Source: an uncultured Solirubrobacteraceae bacterium
GTDB lineage: Bacteria > Actinomycetota > Thermoleophilia > Solirubrobacterales > Solirubrobacteraceae
Assembly (NCBI GenBank): GCA_963851425.1
Contig: CAWKPC010000001.1
Coordinates: forward strand, 1,896,023 to 1,920,022
DNA: 24,000 nucleotides
Direction of reading: 5' to 3'
The position numbers were made by a program, and so were the translations under genes. Positions 20,675-24,000 of the stretch are shown here, in pieces. How positions within the stretch are numbered: position 1 is the stretch's first letter; every line of letters starts with the position of its first letter. The notes under the pieces are model-generated. The model was not told the origin of the DNA and did no database searches. It saw nothing but the letters and a program-made list of their open reading frames with translations.

Positions 20675-20903
20675 ACCCGCCTCCGAATCGCTTGCTGTAG
20701 TGGATTCGGGTAGAACGTAGTGTTGCGTATGCGTGGCGTTCGCGGTCCCCCATGAGCGTATGATGACGCCTGCCGTCGGGACGCGGAAGGCAAGACTTAG
20801 AGTTGATCCCCTGGGGGAAAGAAGCTGTGCGAGCTTCCTCCGTCTCCCGCGTTGCCTCCGCCGGTTTGCGGGGTCTAGTGGACCATGTGTCACACGGGAT
20901 CAC

Positions 20904-20925
20904 GTCGCACAAGTGCCGTTGCGCG
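20904..20925. repeat. dispersed intergenic motif, copy B: GTCGCACAAGTGCCGTTGCGCG
   Basis: 21/22 identical to copy A. Lies 7 nt downstream of the XRE gene stop (20932) and 230 nt upstream of the membrane-protein ATG 20674. Confidence 0.7.
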
Positions 20926-20931
20926 ATTCCT

Positions 20932-21255
20932 TCAGCGTCCTGACGGCTGTTCGTGGCTGACCGCTCCGCAGACCGGGCAGGCGTCATGTTCTGCCTCCGC
21001 CGCAATGATCGATGCCGGAACGCCGAGAGTGTCTGCCAAAGCGCAGAGCTTGCTCCAGGTTGGGTTGCGGATGCCGCGCTCGATCCCGGAGAGGTAGGTC
21101 GGGTGCAGACCGGCGTCGAGGGCTAGCGTTTCGATGGTGAGCTCCCGGCTCTTCCGCAGCCGGCGGATCGCGCGGCCGAGGGCTGGGTTGGTGGGCGCTC
21201 GAGCGGGCATGGCCGCGCCTGCCTGCTCGGGGGGCGGGACGGCGTGGAGGGGCAT
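20932..21255 (-). CDS. XRE-family helix-turn-helix transcriptional regulator with C-terminal CxxC tail (107 aa)
   Basis: HTH LGRAIRRLRKSRELTIETLALDAGLHPTYLSGIERGIRNPTWSKLCALADTLG. C-terminal ACPVCG. The ATG abuts the TAA of the upstream gene with zero gap. Confidence 0.8.
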   Translation of the reverse strand: MPLHAVPPPEQAGAAMPARAPTNPALGRAIRRLRKSRELTIETLALDAGLHPTYLSGIERGIRNPTWSKLCALADTLGVPASIIAAEAEHDACPVCGAVSHEQPSGR

Positions 21256-21510
21256 TTAGGTGGCGATCTTGTCGGCGCGTATGGCGGCGCGGGTGGCCCA
21301 TACGAAGTCGTCGCTGGTGCGGTGGATGAGCCCGGCGCCGTGAAGTCGGATGAGGGCGTCGGTGGCCTTGTGGCGGTCGCCTAGTTCACGGATGACCTCC
21401 TCGACCGACCACGGTCGTTGCTCCTCGGGCAACCGGAGTAGGAGCATGATGGTTCCGTCGGTGTTGTCGAACTCCTCAGCAGGCGTGAGCGTAGGATTCT
21501 CATTAGGCAT
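21256..21510 (-). CDS. small hypothetical protein, possibly winged-helix (84 aa)
   Basis: GAGAGAGG SD about 10 nt upstream of ATG 21510. The pattern WSVEEVIRELGDRHKATDALIRLHGAGLIHRTSDDFVWATRAA resembles a wHTH recognition helix plus wing (inference). Directly coupled to the XRE gene downstream. Confidence 0.7.
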   Translation of the reverse strand: MPNENPTLTPAEEFDNTDGTIMLLLRLPEEQRPWSVEEVIRELGDRHKATDALIRLHGAGLIHRTSDDFVWATRAAIRADKIAT

Positions 21511-21535
21511 GGGAGACGTACCTCTCTCGTGTCCA

Positions 21536-21570
21536 GGCTCCGGTGCGGGCTTACCTCCCGTGCCGGAGCC
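21536..21570. promoter_or_regulatory. 14-bp inverted repeat GGCTCCGGTGCGGG-N7-CCCGTGCCGGAGCC upstream of the 84-aa/XRE operon
   Basis: 12/14 palindromic as DNA. The two non-Watson-Crick positions are G-U wobbles only in a + strand transcript. Lies 26 nt upstream of ATG 21510. Confidence 0.4.
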
Positions 21571-21719
21571 GTTTAGGTTCTGGGGGCGCCGAGGCTACGG
21601 GCGCTCTCCGCGAGCGGTCAAGCTGTGGCAGGACCACTCGGCTTATCCAGGCCGCCGGAGGGTAGGGGTGCTCTTCCTCATCGGTCAAGGTATGGAGCGG
21701 GTGCGCTGAAGAGGCTGGC

Positions 21720-22001
21720 TCAGCGCGGCGAGGAGGCACCGGCAGGCGGGTTGGCCGCGCTGCTACCGGCCTCCATCTGCTCGGCGCGGACCAGTAGCTC
21801 GGAGGCGCTGAGGTCGAGTCCGGCGGCCAGCCGTCTGAGGCTGGCGTAGCTGGGGTTGCGCTTGCCGGTCTCGACGTTACTGATCCAGCGCTGGTGCAGG
21901 TCGGTCTCGTTGGCGAGCTGCTCTTGGGTGAGTTCGAGTTCCTGGCGGCGGGCTTTGACGGCCAGGCCCAGGGCGTGTTGGAAGGCCGGGGATGCGGACA
22001 T
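21720..22001 (-). CDS. XRE-family helix-turn-helix transcriptional regulator (93 aa)
   Basis: HTH LGLAVKARRQELELTQEQLANETDLHQRWISNVETGKRNPSYASLRRLAAGLD. GGGAGG SD 8 nt upstream of ATG 22001. Confidence 0.85.
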   Translation of the reverse strand: MSASPAFQHALGLAVKARRQELELTQEQLANETDLHQRWISNVETGKRNPSYASLRRLAAGLDLSASELLVRAEQMEAGSSAANPPAGASSPR

Positions 22002-22028
22002 GGGGCCAGCCTCCCGGTGTCCGCTCTA

Positions 22029-22111
22029 CCGCACAATGACATTGGGGTAGACCTATCCTTGACATTCCGGTAGGGTCGCCCCATGACATTCTAGTAGAGA
22101 GGATTGTGCGG
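22029..22111. promoter_or_regulatory. operator array: 9-bp inverted repeat CCGCACAAT/ATTGTGCGG bracketing three direct repeats TGACATT-N3-GTAG
   Basis: Inverted-repeat arms at 22029-22037 and 22103-22111. Direct repeats at 22037-22050, 22060-22073 and 22084-22097, spaced 23 and 24 bp. Repeat 2 contains a perfect TTGACA. The array fills the divergent region between the XRE gene (ATG 22001) and the secreted-protein gene (ATG 22177). Confidence 0.65.
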
Positions 22112-22176
22112 GCATGGCGGCGCCTCCCCACGCGTCGCCATGCCCGCATGGCTCCTCCAGACCAGAGGGAGGGTGC

Positions 22177-22839
22177 ATGGGAGTAAGGCAGGGCAGCAAT
22201 GGCACCAAGCGGATGAGGAGTCGGCCCAGGACGGCGGCGTTCCTAGTGCTTGCCGCTGGGCTCGTAGGAAGCATAGGGACGGCAGGCGCTACCGCTCAAC
22301 CGGCCTCCACCCCCAAGACCACCTTCCAGTGCCAGAAGAAGTTCAAGCCAGGGAAGGCACGGATTCGCTGCATCAAGCAAGTAAAGAGCCGAAAGCCCGG
22401 CTCAAGCTGTGCCCATCCGGTCTACAGTTCGCAGACATTGGGTGGCCCAGCCGGGGACACTAAAGACTTTAGAGTTAAATTCAAGGTCTTGGGTGAACCC
22501 AATCTCGGGTCAAGTGAACCGGAGACGGAGGAGGTCGAAGTCACTATCTACAACCCTCACGTCGTGATCTGTAGCGCGATAGCGACGGATTTGGGCTACA
22601 ACTACGACACGCATCGGTATGAAGCCTCGCGACGACATGTCTTCCACCTAACCATAGGGTCGCATGGTGGACTGTCCTCGTCTATTACTGTGCCGGCGAA
22701 TGCGAATGTAGTGGCGCAGGTGTTTGCGCGGATCAGCGATACCAACCCAACCCCCGCCACCGTTCAGATGGTCTCGATTCCCCAAGTCTATCTCCGCCGT
22801 CGAAGTCACCCTCCACAACCCCAAGGTGGAAATCTATAG
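22177..22839 (+). CDS. hypothetical secreted protein (220 aa) ending inside a decayed internal duplication
   Basis: The track ORF is 22114..22839. I prefer ATG 22177, which has AGAGGGAGGG upstream. Signal peptide RSRPRTAAFLVLAAGLVGSIGTAGATAQP. The stop TAG at 22837 lies within a degenerate second copy of the C-terminal domain. Confidence 0.65.
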   Translation: MGVRQGSNGTKRMRSRPRTAAFLVLAAGLVGSIGTAGATAQPASTPKTTFQCQKKFKPGKARIRCIKQVKSRKPGSSCAHPVYSSQTLGGPAGDTKDFRVKFKVLGEPNLGSSEPETEEVEVTIYNPHVVICSAIATDLGYNYDTHRYEASRRHVFHLTIGSHGGLSSSITVPANANVVAQVFARISDTNPTPATVQMVSIPQVYLRRRSHPPQPQGGNL

Positions 22840-22935
22840 TTCCACCGTCAAGTGCAGGGCGGCGTGTCGTCTCGCGTGTCGCTGCTTGCGAGCGCAGATG
22901 GAGTGGCGGCAAAGGTGCTCGGGCGCTTGAAGTAA
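22799..22935 (+). pseudogene. degenerate, frame-disrupted second copy of the domain encoded at about 22534-22740
   Basis: Nucleotide-level homology. gtcgaagtcacCctcCacaaccc at 22799 matches gtcgaagtcacTatcTacaaccc at 22534, and is read in the +1 frame. ttccacc at 22840 matches 22642, back in frame but behind the TAG stop. The second copy lacks 67 nt. Confidence 0.5.
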
Positions 22936-22947
22936 TGATTGCGGGGT

Positions 22948-23005
22948 GTCCCCGATGAGCCCGCGCGGGGTTCATCGGGGACGCTAAAGGTGCAGCACCT
23001 TTAGC
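22948..23005. terminator. two adjacent perfect inverted repeats between convergent genes (putative bidirectional terminator)
   Basis: GTCCCCGATGA-N13-TCATCGGGGAC (22948-22982), with the loop able to add a CCC/GGG stem, is immediately followed by the 23-bp palindrome GCTAAAGGTGC-A-GCACCTTTAGC (22983-23005). No U-tract on either side. Confidence 0.45.
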
Positions 23006-23030
23006 AGGGTGCATATGTGCTGCTTTGCGT

Positions 23031-23435
23031 TCATCCCCAAACACTGAGCTGGGCCCTAGTCTGGGGACGATGTGCGAGCATCTGACTTGGTAGCTCACCG
23101 AGCCGTTTGAGCTTCCCCCGAGCGATCAGCATGGCAACTGCTTGGTGATCCTCAAACACTCCGAGAAGCTCGTCTTCGAGCTTCTCCGGCGCTTGACTGG
23201 ACTTCACTTCGTCGCCGTGCACCCAATAATGGCCGGTAAAGGTGAGGCCCCAGATACCCCCCGCCGACCATTCATGAAAGAGCAGCACCAGCGGTTCGTG
23301 ATGGGAGCCCTTCTCCATTGGGCCGTTTGGATACATCCATAGCGAGAGACTGCCGGGAACGTGCCATAGAGGTACTCGGTCAAGCTGCGCTCCAGTCAAG
23401 CGCCGCCACGTCGCTATTAGGACTTTCCGTAGCAT
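23031..23435 (-). CDS. hypothetical protein (134 aa)
   Basis: The track starts at GTG 23456. ATG 23435 (MLRKVLIATW) follows GGAAGG by 5 nt. No family recognised. Confidence 0.6.
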   Translation of the reverse strand: MLRKVLIATWRRLTGAQLDRVPLWHVPGSLSLWMYPNGPMEKGSHHEPLVLLFHEWSAGGIWGLTFTGHYWVHGDEVKSSQAPEKLEDELLGVFEDHQAVAMLIARGKLKRLGELPSQMLAHRPQTRAQLSVWG

Positions 23436-23450
23436 ATGTGCCTTCCGTTT

Positions 23451-23509
23451 GTTCACCTGATGTCACGCATCGCCCACTTATCTGTGAGCAACACGTGGAT
23501 CAGGTGAAC
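23451..23509 (-). promoter_or_regulatory. 11-bp perfect inverted repeat GTTCACCTGAT-N37-ATCAGGTGAAC in the 5' leader
   Basis: Arms at 23451-23461 and 23499-23509. The proximal arm ends 15 nt upstream of ATG 23435, next to the SD. Confidence 0.4.
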
Positions 23510-23527
23510 AGTCAGGCACGTAGCATA

Positions 23528-23556
23528 TTCATACGCTTATTTACGGTAATTGTCAA
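23528..23556 (-). promoter_or_regulatory. sigma70-like promoter candidate
   Basis: The minus strand reads perfect TTGACA (23556-23551), a 17-nt spacer, then TATGAA (23533-23528), in an AT-rich island. Confidence 0.45.
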
Positions 23557-23570
23557 GAATTAGACGCGAT

Positions 23571-24000
23571 TCAGTACAGCTGAGTTCCAGGGAAAAAGAG
23601 CCCATACTCGTGCCCTGCGCGCAAATCTGAATCAAAATGCTGATGTACCCATCCGTCGGAGTCTATCTTCGGGTGGGTCCGCTTATAGGGCATCTTCATT
23701 GGCGGTTCGGCAACGCGCGCTTCTGGTTCAGCCGAGGCTCTAAGGTCTCGTGGAAGTCGGACGGCTAGGTGGATGAACTCCATCGCTGGGGAGGCTGCAT
23801 TGGCAACCAGATGCACTCCGTAGACTGGAAATTCGTCGTGAAGCCGCCGATCCTTATCGTAATACTTCTCGCGGGTAGCAATAGTCAGAGTCTCCCCAGC
23901 GTCATGGGGTCGCCCGAGGTGAATGACGTGCGCCCACCATCGACTCTCGCTACCTTGCGGGTCAGGAACGCTGCCAACGTAGCGATGACCTTCGGTGAGT
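23571..24000 (-). CDS. hypothetical protein, N-terminus beyond right window edge
   Basis: My own translation shows the frame of track ORF 23571..23816 stays open through 23999 (...LTEGHRYVGSVPDPQGSESRWWAHVIHLGRPHDAGETLTIATREKYYDKDRRLHDEFPVYG-VHLVANAAS...). The track start is only an internal GTG. Confidence 0.55.
   Translation of the reverse strand, partial: LTEGHRYVGSVPDPQGSESRWWAHVIHLGRPHDAGETLTIATREKYYDKDRRLHDEFPVYGVHLVANAASPAMEFIHLAVRLPRDLRASAEPEARVAEPPMKMPYKRTHPKIDSDGWVHQHFDSDLRAGHEYGLFFPGTQLY

Noticed and set aside
20675-20893. N-terminal extension of the membrane-protein ORF to GTG 20893
   Set aside because: The extension is Arg-rich (RRRQRGRRRK) and not protein-like, whereas ATG 20674 has a GGAGG SD. 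Note that motif copy B lies 11 nt upstream of GTG 20893, so the long form cannot be fully excluded.
15505-20925. Integron-like cassette array, with same-orientation genes separated by a recurring site
   Set aside because: The sites are only about 16-24 bp, much shorter than attC (57-141 bp). They lack consistent RYYYAAC/GTTRRRY core pairs; only copy C has GTTGGGT. No IntI-type tyrosine integrase is present in the window.
21551-22084. 177-aa minus-strand ORF spanning the XRE3 gene and its upstream region
   Set aside because: It is out of frame with the clear HTH-encoding frame (21720..22001). It is Pro/Arg/Ser/Ala-rich with no SD. It would also run through the operator array.
1-24000. Looked for CRISPR arrays, rRNA and tRNA genes across the whole window
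   Set aside because: No regularly spaced 25-40 bp repeats with unique spacers. No T-loop-like GGTTCGA(A/G)TCC or cloverleaf-sized structures that I could recognise by eye. No rRNA-like conserved blocks. A tRNAscan/Infernal run would be the decisive check.

Overview
GC-rich bacterial DNA. Real genes show strong G/C third-position bias, and short AT-rich islands mark promoters. The window is packed with hypothetical, secreted, membrane and regulatory genes, so it looks like an accessory, mobile-element-associated region rather than core genome. I can support about 30 CDSs. I recognised no rRNA, tRNA or CRISPR array. Layout: (i) 1-5.4 kb holds an XRE regulator followed by a 535-aa multi-pass membrane protein, plus secreted and single-pass membrane proteins. 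(ii) 5.6-12.4 kb, all on the + strand, is a transfer/integration module: translationally coupled small ORFs, a soluble TraD/VirD4-like coupling ATPase, a replication-relaxation-like protein and a terminal large serine recombinase. (iii) 12.6-17.1 kb is the most interesting block. It encodes an 860-aa PrrC/RloC-like (AAA_13-type) split ABC ATPase whose ~500-aa coiled-coil insert carries a central CxxC zinc hook. This gene is convergent with a two-gene operon encoding a 136-aa unknown protein and an M48-like HExxH metallopeptidase. I propose this as a candidate undescribed defence/abortive-infection island abutting the recombinase. (iv) 17.3-20 kb holds a secreted protein with a TP-repeat linker and a MurA carrying Asp at the fosfomycin-target Cys115 position. 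(v) 20-24 kb holds two more XRE regulators, a small winged-helix-like protein, a 3-TM membrane protein, an elaborate operator array (3 x TGACATT-N3-GTAG bracketed by a 9-bp inverted repeat) and a secreted protein with a decayed internal duplication. One signal spans the window: the 9-nt core GTCGCACAA occurs five times, always on the same strand and always intergenic, just downstream of a minus-strand gene. All family assignments are from motif recognition by eye. No database search was possible.
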